Shown: positions 1 through 10,709 of the stretch, piece by piece
How the letters are laid out: the number at the start of each line of letters is the position of its first letter
How positions within the stretch are numbered: position 1 is the first letter of the stretch
Source of the DNA: Nitrospirales bacterium
GTDB lineage: Bacteria > Nitrospirota > Nitrospiria > Nitrospirales > UBA8639
DNA: 64,000 nt
Reading direction: 5' to 3'
Assembly (NCBI GenBank): GCA_963555755.3
Contig: OY820905.2
Location: 4,192,001-4,256,000 of the forward strand
Position numbers and translations under genes: made by a program
Notes under the pieces: model-generated
Database searches by the model: none
The model's input: the letters and a program-made list of their open reading frames with translations, nothing else
What the model was told of the DNA's origin: nothing

Positions 1-518
1 TCCTTGCCAAAAATCTCTTGATATTCGCCAGCGGTTTGCGCTGCGGCCTCCATGTCCTCTTTGCCAATCAGTTGGGGCACTTCGCCGCTCAAGCAGCCGG
101 ATAAGGCAATGATCCCCTCGTGGTGTTCTTGGAGTAGCTCTTTGTCCATTCGAGGCTTGTAGTAGAACCCTTCGAGATAGGCCTTGCTCGAGAGCTTGAT
201 CAGGTTGTGGTAGCCCTTCAGATTGGTCGCCAGCAGGATCAGGTGGTAATAGTCGTTGTGAGCGAGGAGCCCTTCGCGTTGCCGGCGGCTACCCGGGGCC
301 ATGTAGGCTTCACATCCAACGATGGGTTTTACGCCTTTGGCGTGGGCTTTTTGGTAAAAATCAATGGCACCGAAGAGGTTGCCGTGGTCCGTCATGGCGA
401 CGGCGGATTGGCCAAAGTCTCGAACTTGCGTCAGCAGCGGGTTCAGCTGGTTGGCGCCATCAAGCAGGCTGTAATGCGTGTGGAGATGAAGGTGGACGAA
501 CTCAGATTTGGAGGGCAC
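1..518 (-). CDS. dnaE: DNA polymerase III alpha subunit, N-terminal PHP domain (runs off window start)
   Basis: Manual minus-strand translation from GTG at 518: MPSKSEFVHLHLHTHYSLLDGA...YYHLILLATNLKGYHNLIKLSSKAYLEGFYYKPRMDKELL...IIALSGCLSGEV; not in the ORF track because it is truncated. Confidence 0.95.
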   Translation of the reverse strand, partial: MPSKSEFVHLHLHTHYSLLDGANQLNPLLTQVRDFGQSAVAMTDHGNLFGAIDFYQKAHAKGVKPIVGCEAYMAPGSRRQREGLLAHNDYYHLILLATNLKGYHNLIKLSSKAYLEGFYYKPRMDKELLQEHHEGIIALSGCLSGEVPQLIGKEDMEAAAQTAGEYQEIFGK

Positions 519-574
519 GGATTGGTGTCCTAAAATGAAAAAGTGTAACCTTGGACCTAGTGGATGTCAACGAA

Positions 575-697
575 GGGAAATGTCCGAAAATGCCCTCCAG
601 CGGCGTTCTCGCCATTTTGCCGTGCTCACGTACAAGAGTACGCTCCGCGCGTCAAAATGGCTGCGGCCTTGCTGGACGGCATTTTTGAACATTTCCC
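575..697. repeat. Interspersed palindromic repeat family A (about 120 bp, MITE-like)
   Basis: Inverted ends GGGAAATGT..AAAA / TTTTTGAACATTTCCC with core GTGCTCACGTAC..GTACGCTCCGCGCG..GCGGCCTTGCTGGACG; related copies at 3527, 22919, 52422. Confidence 0.85.
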
Positions 698-848
698 CCA
701 GTTGGGGGAATGTGTTTTTATTGTCTGAGAATAACAGAAGGCCCGTAGGGAAACGGTGAGTTTCCTCACCGGCCTTCAAAAACCAAAGAATCGATTGTTG
801 CTCAACTCAGGTGAGCAGTATCTGGATGCCAAGCTATTAAAACCTGGT

Positions 849-1346
849 CTATTTGCCGCCCAAACTCAATTCGTAGAGAAGGGCTTTCCAGCCTTGCTCT
901 TCCGTAATAAACCCTTTGGGTTGTACCACGGGAAGCATGCCGGTACCTGGAACCTTGCCGGTTTGGCCCATGCTGCCGTTTTTAAGGACCCACATCAATT
1001 CTCCGGGTTTGCGCAATTTTTTGAATTTTGGGTTTGTAAAGTTTCGTGGTTGGATTGGGAGGTTGCTGGCCGCTGCTCCGTCACCCTTTCCTTCTGGCCC
1101 ATGACAACTCACGCAGCCGCCTACCCCTAAAAAGATTTTTTTCCCTTCGGCGAGGATTTCAGGTGTGGCTTCAAACGGGGATTTCATTCTTTTAGCTTTT
1201 GCGCGTTCGCCTGGCGGAACTCGTGGAATTTTAATGTTAAATTCCCCCCCCGCCTGTCCGTACCCCGCGGGATTTACGGCCCACACTTGCGTGGTCATGC
1301 TCAACACAAATCCAAGACTAATCAACATTCCCAACAACCTCTTCAC
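849..1346 (-). CDS. Exported monoheme c-type cytochrome
   Basis: Signal peptide, CVSCH heme-binding motif, G-x-G-D-G, PRNF and distal Met (GTGM). Confidence 0.9.
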   Translation of the reverse strand: MKRLLGMLISLGFVLSMTTQVWAVNPAGYGQAGGEFNIKIPRVPPGERAKAKRMKSPFEATPEILAEGKKIFLGVGGCVSCHGPEGKGDGAAASNLPIQPRNFTNPKFKKLRKPGELMWVLKNGSMGQTGKVPGTGMLPVVQPKGFITEEQGWKALLYELSLGGK

Positions 1347-1589
1347 GGCACGTCCCCCTTGTGAAATGAAATCATAAATAATGATGCCAAACTCCTCTTG
1401 AACTCAACCGGTTCAAGAGAGTTGGCACTTTAGCATTGATCAAGAAGACCGGGCAATGATGCCGCGGATCAGGGTAGGACAACGGTCTGCCGTTCCGGAG
1501 AGTTTGAATAGACTTTATGCTACAATGCGTATCTTTTACATGAATACAAAAATGGTTTTTGGGTTGCCTGATGACTGTTTGGAGATAAT

Positions 1590-2210
1590 ATGGCGTTTGA
1601 TAAACGAGCCAAAGCCCGCTACTTTTCCGGCATGCGCCGCCGGATTCACGAATTGAAGTCCAAGGCAGAAACCAGCATGGATTTTGCGATTGATACCATG
1701 ATGATGGAGCGTGCAGAGAGCTACATTCACGTTGAAAACGGGTTGGAGGAAGTTGAGCGCATGATTGCAATTATTGAAGAAGAATTAGATGAGGTTGTGG
1801 AGGTGAGTCATGCGCAACGTTTGGATGCCCGCTTGGAATTCGTCGAAGATCGATTTGAAGAGTTCGATAGCGAAATCTACCAACGACCTAAACGACGACG
1901 CCGAAAAATTAACCTGTTTGATTTCTTTAAGCGGGCGACTGGCGGTGGGGGCGATCCCATGGCTTCCCGAGGAGAAATTAACTCACATTTGGAGGCATAC
2001 CAAGCCTTAGGTCTAGAATTCGATAGCTCGATGGCAGCCGTGACCCGGGCGTTTCGACAACGAGCCAAAAAGCTCCACCCCGATATCAATAATGGCGACC
2101 GCAGTGCCGAGCCAGAATTACGCCGCATTATTGAGGCCTATCAATACCTCCGTGCCGACTCCACCATTTCTCGTACTGAAGCCGACGGCCCGGAACCGGA
2201 AACTCGATAA
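1590..2210 (+). CDS. J-domain (DnaJ-like) protein with N-terminal coiled coil
   Basis: C-terminal AYQALGL...FRQRAKKLHPD...IIEAYQYL J-domain signature. Confidence 0.85.
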   Translation: MAFDKRAKARYFSGMRRRIHELKSKAETSMDFAIDTMMMERAESYIHVENGLEEVERMIAIIEEELDEVVEVSHAQRLDARLEFVEDRFEEFDSEIYQRPKRRRRKINLFDFFKRATGGGGDPMASRGEINSHLEAYQALGLEFDSSMAAVTRAFRQRAKKLHPDINNGDRSAEPELRRIIEAYQYLRADSTISRTEADGPEPETR

Positions 2211-2243
2211 AGGTCCTCCGGAATGGTCCTTTAATTGTTTCAC

Positions 2244-2574
2244 CCTAGCAACGGCGGTTGGATCACAAAAGTCCGCGTAAGCTAGCACAATAAAAAACTG
2301 TCTCATCACCACCAGGGGTTACTTCCCTCCCACCCTTGTCATTTCGACCCTTGGGAGAAATCTCCTCTTCTGCCGAACCACAGATTTCTCCCTCCGGTCG
2401 AAATGACAAGGGGAGGGTCGAAATGACAAGGGGAGGGTTGAAATGACAAGGGGAGGGTTGAAATGACAAGGGGAGGGTTGAAATGACAGACCCGATGTGA
2501 CCACGACTGTTTGTATTTCACGATGCACACCAATATCTTACACGGCTGTGTTGAGTCCAACTGTCGTTTCTAGG
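2244..2574. mobile_element. CCTAG-ended MITE (family D) with nested family C repeats; 5-bp TSD TTCAC
   Basis: Ends CCTAGCAACGGCGGTTGG / CCAACTGTCGTTTCTAGG; TTCAC at 2239-2243 and 2575-2579; homologous to 18410-18572 and 20006-20168. Confidence 0.8.
2337..2488. repeat. Family C hairpin (GTCATTTCGAC...GTCGAAATGAC) followed by about 4 tandem 20-bp units
   Basis: GAAATGACAAGGGGAGGGT(C/T) repeated 2400-2488. Confidence 0.85.
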
Positions 2575-2672
2575 TTCACCAATCACCACGCTGGGTTGTC
2601 CTTCAAGAATTTATAGTGCGGGGACGATACCCCACATAGTTTTATTATTTTGGATTCTTCACGGATAACGAT

Positions 2673-3500
2673 TCACGTTTCACGAATCACGCTCTCTGTA
2701 TTCATAGTCCCCTCCCCGTTGGCCTCAATCTTGTTCAATTCTTCAAAGAGATTGGGATGCTTCAATTCATAGTTCAGTTCCTTCAAAACCTTTTGGGAGG
2801 ACAGGCGTTTCCCGAGATCCTTGGGAACCGTTGGCTCAGGGATGGGGATGTTCCACTGGGTGGCAGCAAATTGGCAGATGTCAGCCCAAAGCCGGGGAGT
2901 TCCGTCAGCGACGATATAGCTTGATCCAGATTCGGCTTGATCCAGGGCGGCAAGACATAGGGCCGCCGCATCTTCGACATGGATGAGATTGACGTAACGG
3001 CCAGTGTTTTTGATCTTTCCCCTTCGTATCCAATTCAAGACATGTCGTCCTGGGCCGTAGAGCCCCGCTAGTCGGAGAATGATGACACCATAGGTCTTAC
3101 GTAAATGCTCCTCACTCTGAACACGGGGCAGGGCCATATTGAGTTTGGCGCGTTCATCCGTAAGTTCGTCTGGGTTTGCTGGGAAGGCTGAGGTGCTGCC
3201 TAAGAGAAGAATTCGGGATTCTTTGTTCGCGATGTCCTTGGCAAAAGTCGATGCCAAGTTTTCCGGGATTGCCGGAAAACACCAAATAATGTGCGCAGGG
3301 GTGGGAATATTTCCCCAGGTGTCGGGTTGTTCCAAATCAAAAAGAATTCGTGATGGAGGCTCGACATATGATAAGTGAGTACCAGGAAATCGGCTGGTGG
3401 CAAAGGCTTTCCACCCTTGCTTCACAGCTTGGTGATAGAGGAAGGTTCCGGTATAGCCTGCGCCCAAAATAACAAGAGGAAGTGGATGTGGAGAGGGAAT
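2673..3500 (-). CDS. Atypical SDR / NAD-dependent epimerase-dehydratase (YeeZ-like); start uncertain
   Basis: ILGAGYTG Rossmann motif, LRLAGLYGPGR, IHVEDAA; the track start (3602) lies inside repeat A; in-frame ATT at 3500 follows AGGAGA. Confidence 0.75.
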   Translation of the reverse strand: MPSPHPLPLVILGAGYTGTFLYHQAVKQGWKAFATSRFPGTHLSYVEPPSRILFDLEQPDTWGNIPTPAHIIWCFPAIPENLASTFAKDIANKESRILLLGSTSAFPANPDELTDERAKLNMALPRVQSEEHLRKTYGVIILRLAGLYGPGRHVLNWIRRGKIKNTGRYVNLIHVEDAAALCLAALDQAESGSSYIVADGTPRLWADICQFAATQWNIPIPEPTVPKDLGKRLSSQKVLKELNYELKHPNLFEELNKIEANGEGTMNTESVIRET

Positions 3501-3526
3501 TGCGATGTCTCCTACTAACTGGCAAG

Positions 3527-3648
3527 GCAGGATGTTCAAAAAGGCCGTCCAGCAAGGCCGCAGGCCCTTTGGCGCGCGGAGCGTACGATAGTACGTGAGC
3601 ACGACAAAGGGCCGAGAACGCAGCTGGCGGTCTTTTTGAACATCCTGC
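3527..3648. repeat. Repeat family A copy
   Basis: GCAGGATGTTCAAAAAG...CTTTTTGAACATCCTGC terminal inverted repeat, same core as 575-697. Confidence 0.85.
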
Positions 3649-4157
3649 TAGTCGGTTACATATTGGCGGGCATACCGCACATAGTTATTGGCTGATTCTT
3701 TGATCCAGGCTAATTCCTTTTCAGTGAGTGGGCGTTTGACGCGAGCCGGTGAGCCCAATGCTAAGCTATGAGAGGGAATGACCGTTCCTTTTGTTATCAA
3801 TGCCCCGGCACCAATGATGCAATCTTCTTCGATCGTGGCACCGTCCATCACGATACTTCCAATTCCGATCAGCACCCGATCGTGAATCGTACACCCGTGT
3901 AGGACAACGTGATGGCCGACCGTCACATCATCTCCGATGACAAGCGGGTAGAGGTCGTGGGTCACATGCAACAGACTCAGATCTTGGATATTTGTCCGAT
4001 GCCCGATTCGGATGTAGTGAACGTCACCGCGAATGACCGTATTAAACCAGACGCTTGATTCGGGGAGAATGGCGACATCACCTATGATGACGGCAGTGTC
4101 CTCGATATAGGCGCTCGATGCAATCGTTGGTAGAATTCCGCGAAAGGGTTTGATCAT
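3648..4157 (-). CDS. Gamma-carbonic anhydrase family protein (YrdA/PaaY-like)
   Basis: Hexapeptide repeats; IRGDV, NIQD..LH, VTVGH..VLHG motifs. Confidence 0.92.
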   Translation of the reverse strand: MIKPFRGILPTIASSAYIEDTAVIIGDVAILPESSVWFNTVIRGDVHYIRIGHRTNIQDLSLLHVTHDLYPLVIGDDVTVGHHVVLHGCTIHDRVLIGIGSIVMDGATIEEDCIIGAGALITKGTVIPSHSLALGSPARVKRPLTEKELAWIKESANNYVRYARQYVTD

Positions 4158-4411
4158 CTCAATTCCAAATTTCGAGAAAAATGGTTATGGGCCAAGTGTA
4201 TCTCATGCGTTGGGTGTTTGTAGCCATTCTAAAACAGTCTCATGCACTCGAAATCCGAATGTTACATTTCGAAACACATCCGAAATCCGAATGTTTCAAT
4301 TTGGTCATTTGAATGTGTTTCGGATTTCGATATTCGAGTTTCGGATTTCCGCCACCAGTAGAGAAAACGGAAGATAATGGAAATAGCTATAAGCCCCACT
4401 GTACACCATTT

Positions 4412-4879
4412 TTATCCTTTGGCTAACATCGCAGCAAGGACCAGGACGGCGAGCGCGGTAATGACTGCCACGTAGACGGTCACGCTTCGATCGCTCAGCC
4501 AGGAGGTTTGCCAATCTTTCGGATAAAGGGATTTTCCTTCCAGGTACAGCCCTTCCTCGTAGAGCCCGAGAACCTTCTCTATTTCGATTAACGTTTGCTT
4601 GGCAAGTCGATGCCGGTCGCGTTGTTGAAGGATGAGGTAGATGAATAATGCCGAGAATAATGCGACGCCAGTCATGGAAAAAATTTTCACGATGGGGTCA
4701 ACGGGATACGGTGGCGCCAGGGCCAAAATCGTGATCAACAAAAGGACGAGGAATGCGCTACCAAAAGCCGTCAATCGCATCATGTTTTCCCGGCGACGAA
4801 AGACTTCCTCTTTGTACCACGGGTACAGAATTCTCACGACCTCCAGTTGTTCATCTCGGAGAAGGTTCGACGTGTTCAT
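4412..4879 (-). CDS. Hypothetical membrane protein (about 3 TM)
   Basis: ATG at 4879 overlaps the upstream stop (TGATG); three hydrophobic segments. Confidence 0.7.
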   Translation of the reverse strand: MNTSNLLRDEQLEVVRILYPWYKEEVFRRRENMMRLTAFGSAFLVLLLITILALAPPYPVDPIVKIFSMTGVALFSALFIYLILQQRDRHRLAKQTLIEIEKVLGLYEEGLYLEGKSLYPKDWQTSWLSDRSVTVYVAVITALAVLVLAAMLAKG

Positions 4880-5679
4880 CAAGGTGTCGCTCTGGAGGCT
4901 ATGGGTGTTGTTTGGACGTGGGCCACCATCCAATCCGTTAGTGCCAGACTCATGGTGCGAAAATCTTCAGGTCGGCCAAAATGATGGTTGGCCTCCGGGA
5001 AAAAATGAAGCTTTTTTTCTCCAGCCAGGTTTTCTGTCAATCGTTGGATTTGATGAAGGGGAACAAGTTCATCTTTTTCACCATGAACAATGAGGCAGGG
5101 AGTGGTGATCTTCTTGGCTTGTGCATAGGCATTGAATTGATGGCAATCATGGTAAAACTCAAAATTGAGGGCGATGGGATCCTGGCCTCCCGTTACATTG
5201 GGAATGGTGTTTGTCCGCTTCCATTCGGTGATGCCGTCTTGACCAAATTCCAGTTCCAGCATTTCAGGGAAGTTGGGCACAGGACATTTTAGCCCAAGGG
5301 CAAATAACTCCGGGTGGTCCGCGGCGACTAAGATGGCTAAAAGTCCGCCGAAGCTGTCCCCGATCAGTCCAATGTCTCGATACCCTCTGTTGTTTATGTC
5401 CTGCAACAGAGATTCCAGTTGAGCCTGGCATGCTGTCACGGTGATGTCGGCAAAACGTCCGCTGGAATCCCCCATGCCAAACCAATCAAAGCGAAGCGTG
5501 CTGAATCCTTTCGGGGCGAGTAACTCCGTGAGCCGAATATTGGTCCGACTGTCTTTGTTGGAAAGAAAACCGTGGCAGAGAATGACGGCGCTCGTCGTAT
5601 CTTCGGCAGGTTCTGTTAAGATGGCCGAGGTCTGCCCATGGGGATATTCAAGCATCAGTGTTGTTTGCCTGGCTTCCAT
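4879..5679 (-). CDS. Alpha/beta-fold hydrolase
   Basis: CHGF, RFDWFGMGDS, GDSFG nucleophile elbow, VHGEKDELVP, ANHHF; start placed at MEARQ. Confidence 0.9.
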   Translation of the reverse strand: MEARQTTLMLEYPHGQTSAILTEPAEDTTSAVILCHGFLSNKDSRTNIRLTELLAPKGFSTLRFDWFGMGDSSGRFADITVTACQAQLESLLQDINNRGYRDIGLIGDSFGGLLAILVAADHPELFALGLKCPVPNFPEMLELEFGQDGITEWKRTNTIPNVTGGQDPIALNFEFYHDCHQFNAYAQAKKITTPCLIVHGEKDELVPLHQIQRLTENLAGEKKLHFFPEANHHFGRPEDFRTMSLALTDWMVAHVQTTPIASRATP

Positions 5680-5845
5680 GAAGAAATTCTGAACAACCGG
5701 TGTGGTGATTGTCAATTGGTTTGTGCAGAAAATCGTGAAACGGGAGGCGGCAGGCGGGAGATAAAGCTGTTCTTTTCCCCTCAGGTTTCCCGAAAACCAT
5801 TCGTCATTTTTATGATGCGTGGATGGCCTAAAGGCCCTAAAGAAC

Positions 5846-6652
5846 TTAACCGCTTTGAGGGAAAGAGGAAGACAGAAAAAAGAAATGATTGGTCGGTCCA
5901 TGCCCATGGCCAATGGCCAATCCATGGCGAATGGCCGACGTGGTATAGGTTTTTGCGGCTTCAATCGCATCGGCAATGGGTTTGCCTAACGCCAGATGCG
6001 CGGTGATGGCCGAGGCAAAGGTGCACCCGGTTCCGTGAGTCGTGGTTGTGTCGATAAAGTCGCCTTTAAACATTCGAAAGTATCGGCCATCATACAGAAG
6101 ATCGGTTGCAGGGCGTTCCAGTAAATGGCCTCCTTTGATGAGGATGTGTTGGCAGCCGAGTTGGTGCAGAGTTTTTGCAGCCTGCCGCGCTTCTGCCAGG
6201 GTTCGAATAGTGGTTCCGGTCAACCGCTCGGCTTCGTGGATATTAGGGATGAGGAGATACGCCAAGGGAATGAGGTCTTGTTTCAGCCAATCAATGGCAT
6301 TCGGTTGCAACAGTTCATGCCCACTTTTCGAGACCATGACGGGATCGACCACGAGCTTCGTGACGCCGTACTGCTTCATTTTCCGACCGACGAGTGCAGT
6401 GGTCGTGGCGGTCGAGAGCATTCCGGTTTTTACGGCGGCCACATCAAAGTCATCGAAAATGGCGTCGATTTGTGCCTCGATGATGGTGTCGGGAAGGTCG
6501 TGGATTGCGGTGACTCCCTTTGTGTTTTGCGCGGTAATTGACGTTATGACCGACATGGCAAACGTGCCATTGGCCGACATGGCTTTGAGGTCGGCTTGAA
6601 TACCAGCGCCGCCTCCGGAGTCGGATCCTGCAATGGTCAAGACTTGCTTCAT
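5846..6652 (-). CDS. thiD: Hydroxymethylpyrimidine/phosphomethylpyrimidine kinase
   Basis: TIAGSDSGGGAGIQADLK, VDPVMVSKSG, HGTGCT. Confidence 0.97.
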   Translation of the reverse strand: MKQVLTIAGSDSGGGAGIQADLKAMSANGTFAMSVITSITAQNTKGVTAIHDLPDTIIEAQIDAIFDDFDVAAVKTGMLSTATTTALVGRKMKQYGVTKLVVDPVMVSKSGHELLQPNAIDWLKQDLIPLAYLLIPNIHEAERLTGTTIRTLAEARQAAKTLHQLGCQHILIKGGHLLERPATDLLYDGRYFRMFKGDFIDTTTTHGTGCTFASAITAHLALGKPIADAIEAAKTYTTSAIRHGLAIGHGHGPTNHFFFLSSSFPQSG

Positions 6653-6862
6653 GAGGAAATGTAGGCGAGGTGTGAAAGGATCTTGAAAATCATTCAGCGT
6701 AGAGAGTTAAATTCGGAGCGAAGGGAATGTTCGTTGTGGAAACGGCAGGTAGAGAATAATCCTTTGTTCAAGGTTTCTCCGCTACCTGCCTGCATTGCAT
6801 GGAATCGAAAGAAAGCTGGACGATGGTGACTCAGGCTTTGATTCCAAAAACGGAAAGCCTTG

Positions 6863-7159
6863 TTAATTCCCAGGGACGGCCATTATGGGCTGACGAGCAT
6901 CTTCGTCACGTTGGCAGGTGCCTGTAGCGAACATACGTTGTCCATCCGTGGCATTGCTCGGAATTCGACCCATACATGCTTCTAAGGAATCTCCATACGT
7001 ACCTGAAGCAACGTCCGAGCTGGAGGCTGAAGAGGTGGATCCGTATCCACTAGACCCTGAGCTTCCACCTTCCATCTGCATTTCAGCGCATCCAAACATG
7101 AGTAATGCTGCGGCAGAAATACCTAAGAAACTACGAAACAGAGAAAGCGTGTTTTTCAT
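6863..7159 (-). CDS. Small hypothetical lipoprotein
   Basis: Lipobox-like MFGC, Ser/Gly linker, two further Cys; GGAGG RBS upstream. Confidence 0.7.
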   Translation of the reverse strand: MKNTLSLFRSFLGISAAALLMFGCAEMQMEGGSSGSSGYGSTSSASSSDVASGTYGDSLEACMGRIPSNATDGQRMFATGTCQRDEDARQPIMAVPGN

Positions 7160-7357
7160 GAATTTTCCCTCCTTGTGCGTAACGACATAGCAATATAGTA
7201 AAGCCTAGATAAAAAGGCAAGGGTTCGTCTGGTTCATCATCCTGTTATCTTGACACTAGTGGCCTTTATTGCTACGTTCAAACCTTGTTGTCCCGAGCTA
7301 AAAAACTGATGTTTTTACACTCATTCGGCCTTTCAAAATAGGCTTCTAACATCCCCT

Positions 7358-8422
7358 GTGACCGTTCAGGACCTCATCCTCTCTCTCCATCAATTCTGGG
7401 CTAACCAACACTGCATTATTTGCCAACCCTATGATGTGGAAAAGGGCGCCGGCACCTTTAATCCAGCAACATTTTTGCGGGTGTTAGGGCCGGAACCCTG
7501 GCGTGCGGCATATGTCGAACCCTGTCGTCGTCCTACTGATGGGCGGTATGGAAACAATCCCAATCGTCTCCAACATTATTACCAATACCAGGTGGTGATG
7601 AAGCCCTGCCCTGATAACATTCAATCTCTGTATTTGGAGAGTTTGGCTGCTTTGGGCATTGATCCGCGCAAGCATGACATTCAGTTCATTCAAGATGATT
7701 GGGAATCCCCGACCCTCGGAGCCTGGGGGCTGGGATGGGAAGTGCGATTGGATGGAATGGAAATCACGCAGTTCACGTATTTTCAGGAAGCTGGTGGACA
7801 AGCGCTCGATCCGATCACGGTTGAACTGACTTATGGGACTGAACGCATCGCCATGTATCTACAGGAAGTGAATAGCGTCTATGACTTGCTGTGGACCACA
7901 GGCATGACTTACGGGGATCTCTTTCATGATGCCGAGGTCCAGTTCTCCACGTACAATTTCGAAGTGGCTGATGTCAGCATGTTGAGTGCGATGTTTACTT
8001 CATGCGAGGCTGAATGTCGCACACTCTTGGAACAAGGATTGGTCCTTCCAGCCTATGACTACTGCATGAAGTCGTCGCATTTGTTTAATGTGCTGGACGC
8101 GCGCGGGGCGATTAGTGTTGCGGAGCGAACGGGGTATATGGGGCGGGTTCGGAGGTTAGCTCGCGCCTGTGCCGCGGCCTATGTCGAACGTCGCGAGAGC
8201 CTGGGATTCCCCTTGCTGAAGAAAGCCAATGTGCCTGGACCTTCGAAGAAATCAAAAATGCTTCCGGCGAAGAAGTCAAAAATGCTTCCGGCGAAGAAGT
8301 CAAAAATGCTTCCGGCGAAGAAGTCAACAAAGCCTCAGGCGAAAAAGTCAAAAAAACCTCAAGCGATGAAGCGCATGCCACCACGTGCTCGGTCTGTCGC
8401 GTCAATTGGAAAAAAGAAATAA
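7358..8422 (+). CDS. glyQ: Glycine-tRNA ligase alpha subunit with Lys-rich repeat tail
   Basis: [48 protein letters not shown]. Confidence 0.97.
   Translation: MTVQDLILSLHQFWANQHCIICQPYDVEKGAGTFNPATFLRVLGPEPWRAAYVEPCRRPTDGRYGNNPNRLQHYYQYQVVMKPCPDNIQSLYLESLAALGIDPRKHDIQFIQDDWESPTLGAWGLGWEVRLDGMEITQFTYFQEAGGQALDPITVELTYGTERIAMYLQEVNSVYDLLWTTGMTYGDLFHDAEVQFSTYNFEVADVSMLSAMFTSCEAECRTLLEQGLVLPAYDYCMKSSHLFNVLDARGAISVAERTGYMGRVRRLARACAAAYVERRESLGFPLLKKANVPGPSKKSKMLPAKKSKMLPAKKSKMLPAKKSTKPQAKKSKKPQAMKRMPPRARSVASIGKKK
8244..8363 (+). repeat. Five 24-bp tandem units in the glyQ 3' end ([12 protein letters not shown])
   Basis: CGAAGAAGTCAAAAATGCTTCCGG x3 plus 2 degenerate units. Confidence 0.9.
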
Positions 8423-8432
8423 CGCTCTCGTG

Positions 8433-10655
8433 ATGGAACGATCGCCAAGCAGAAAGCCTCAATCCTCACAGCCAAAAGCCAAATCTTTAGCTCCGGACAC
8501 GGCCTCGTTTCTTCTGGAGATAGGCTCGGAAGAATTACCCTGGCAAATGATTCAGCCGGGGATGACACAGCTCGCCCAATCCCTCGATGCGATGTTAACC
8601 GAGCTACGGATTACTCACGGAGCGGTTCGTGCGTTTGGAACTCCACGGCGGTTGGCTGTGGTGGTTGAGGCAGTGGCTAAGTCACAAACCTCGGCTCATC
8701 AAGAGGTGTTTGGTCCGTCAAAGGCCGTGGCCTTCGATGTCCAAGGGCACCTCACTAAAGCTGGCAAAGGGTTTGCCAAATCGCAGGGCATCGATGCGAA
8801 ATCTCTGGAAATTCGAGAAACCCCGAAGGGGGTGTATGTCTGTGCCGTAAAACATCAAGAAGGTCGACGAACGAATGTGGTGTTACGCGAAACGCTTGTC
8901 CCCTTGATTCAGAGCCTCTCGTTTTCGAAAACTATGCATTGGAATGCGTCGGGAGTTCGGTATCCTCGACCGATTCGGTGGTTAGTTGCGCTGTTGGGAA
9001 ACACGACAATCCATATTGAAGTCGCTGGGGTAGAGTCGGGGAATCGAACGTGGGGGCATCGATTCCTTTCGGGAAAGAAGCCCTCCACGATGGCCGCTCA
9101 AGGAATCGAAGTGAAACGGCCCGAGGCCTATGAGGCGACACTCGAATGTGCCGGGGTCGTAGCAGATCCTCTTCGGCGGCGGACCATCATGCAAAGCCAA
9201 ATCCATACGCTTGCCAAGGCCGTCAAAGGTCAAGCGTATCCCGCTAACCGTGATGAGTTATTGGAGCAAGCCGTTTTTTCAGCCGAGTGTCCCAATTTGG
9301 TATGTGGGGCGTTTGATAAGAAGTATTTAGAGTTGCCCCCGGAGGTGCTCATCACCTCCATGAAGGAGCATCAAGGGTTTTTCTCCGTTGTCGATTCGAA
9401 GCAAGTCTTGCTGCCGAAGTTTCTCGCTCCGACGAACATGAAAATCCCAAAGATGGATTTGATTAGGGTGGGGAATGAGCGAGTATTGGCCGCACGCCTT
9501 GCGGATGCCCGGTACTTTTTTGAAGAAGACTGCAAAGGCAAGCTGGCCGATCGCGTGAATCAACTCAAGGGTGTGGTGTTCCATAAGAAACTCGGAACCT
9601 TGTATCAAAAGACGGATCGGCTGATATCTCTGATTGGGACCATTGCCGAGGCTGCGGGATCCGTGGACTTGAAAGAGCCAGGGCAGCGAGTCGCGCTGTT
9701 GAGTAAGGCGGATCTCTCGACGGGGATGGTGGGAGAATTTCCAACGCTGCAAGGTGCAATGGGAAAAGAATACGCCGCTCACGATGGGGAGTCTTCTCAT
9801 GTCTGCCAGGCGTTGGGTGAGTATTATCAACCTCGCACACCCGAGGATGCGATACCCGAAACCCGTGTTGGCCAGTTCTTGTCGATCGTTGATCGGTTGG
9901 ATACCTTAGCTGCCTTTTTTCATGTGGGCATGGTGCCGTCCGGGTCGGAAGATCCGTTTGCGCTTCGACGGCAGGCCTTTGGGTTAGTTCGTATTGTAGT
10001 TGAAGGGCCTGTCAACGTGAATCTCATTGACCTCCTTCGTCAGGCCGAACAATTGTTAACAAAGCAGGGAGTGCAGTCGGTGCAACCCGCGGAAGATGGG
10101 CAGGACAAAAACCCCGGGGAACCACTTGCGACGCTGGTTGAATTTCTGGCGGATCGACTTCGATACTATGGGCGATCACTTCATGGGTTTCGAGAGGATG
10201 TGATGGATGCGGTCCTTAAAGGGCGGAAATTTGGCGAGTTCTCTATGCCCGATCTGTTTTCCCGCATGGAAGCCATTCAGGCCATCACGCGCCAGGAGGA
10301 TTTTGATCCTTTGATGGTGGGATTTAAGCGGGCGCATCGATTAATCGAAAAAGAACAATGGATCTCAAGTGAGGTGAAACCTGACCTCTTGGTCCATCAA
10401 TCTGAGCAGGCATTGATTCAGGTTGTTGATTTGACACAAGCAACTGTGGCCGCATCAATAGCCGAAATGGATTATCCCAGGGCCTTGCAGGCACTGATTG
10501 AGTTAAAAAATCCTATCGATGCCTTTTTCGATGGGGTTCTGGTCAATGCTCCGCAACCAGAGGTACGCGCCAATCGATTATCGTTATTACGGAAGGTGGA
10601 CGAATTATTTTTAGGCATTGGTGACCTGTCGCAGATTCAAGTGCAAGGTCAGTAG
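8433..10655 (+). CDS. glyS: Glycine-tRNA ligase beta subunit
   Basis: FLLEIGSEELP, GTPRRLA, RPIRWL, GNERVLAARLADA, KADL.T.MVGEFP.LQG, GSEDPFALRR. Confidence 0.96.
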   Translation: MERSPSRKPQSSQPKAKSLAPDTASFLLEIGSEELPWQMIQPGMTQLAQSLDAMLTELRITHGAVRAFGTPRRLAVVVEAVAKSQTSAHQEVFGPSKAVAFDVQGHLTKAGKGFAKSQGIDAKSLEIRETPKGVYVCAVKHQEGRRTNVVLRETLVPLIQSLSFSKTMHWNASGVRYPRPIRWLVALLGNTTIHIEVAGVESGNRTWGHRFLSGKKPSTMAAQGIEVKRPEAYEATLECAGVVADPLRRRTIMQSQIHTLAKAVKGQAYPANRDELLEQAVFSAECPNLVCGAFDKKYLELPPEVLITSMKEHQGFFSVVDSKQVLLPKFLAPTNMKIPKMDLIRVGNERVLAARLADARYFFEEDCKGKLADRVNQLKGVVFHKKLGTLYQKTDRLISLIGTIAEAAGSVDLKEPGQRVALLSKADLSTGMVGEFPTLQGAMGKEYAAHDGESSHVCQALGEYYQPRTPEDAIPETRVGQFLSIVDRLDTLAAFFHVGMVPSGSEDPFALRRQAFGLVRIVVEGPVNVNLIDLLRQAEQLLTKQGVQSVQPAEDGQDKNPGEPLATLVEFLADRLRYYGRSLHGFREDVMDAVLKGRKFGEFSMPDLFSRMEAIQAITRQEDFDPLMVGFKRAHRLIEKEQWISSEVKPDLLVHQSEQALIQVVDLTQATVAASIAEMDYPRALQALIELKNPIDAFFDGVLVNAPQPEVRANRLSLLRKVDELFLGIGDLSQIQVQGQ

Positions 10656-10709
10656 CCCGCAGAATCTGAAGGCAGAATTGTATGTATCATGTAGGGATGC
10701 TCAAGTCCC

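Noticed and set aside
207..533. 108-aa plus-strand ORF
   Set aside because: It is an antisense shadow of dnaE.
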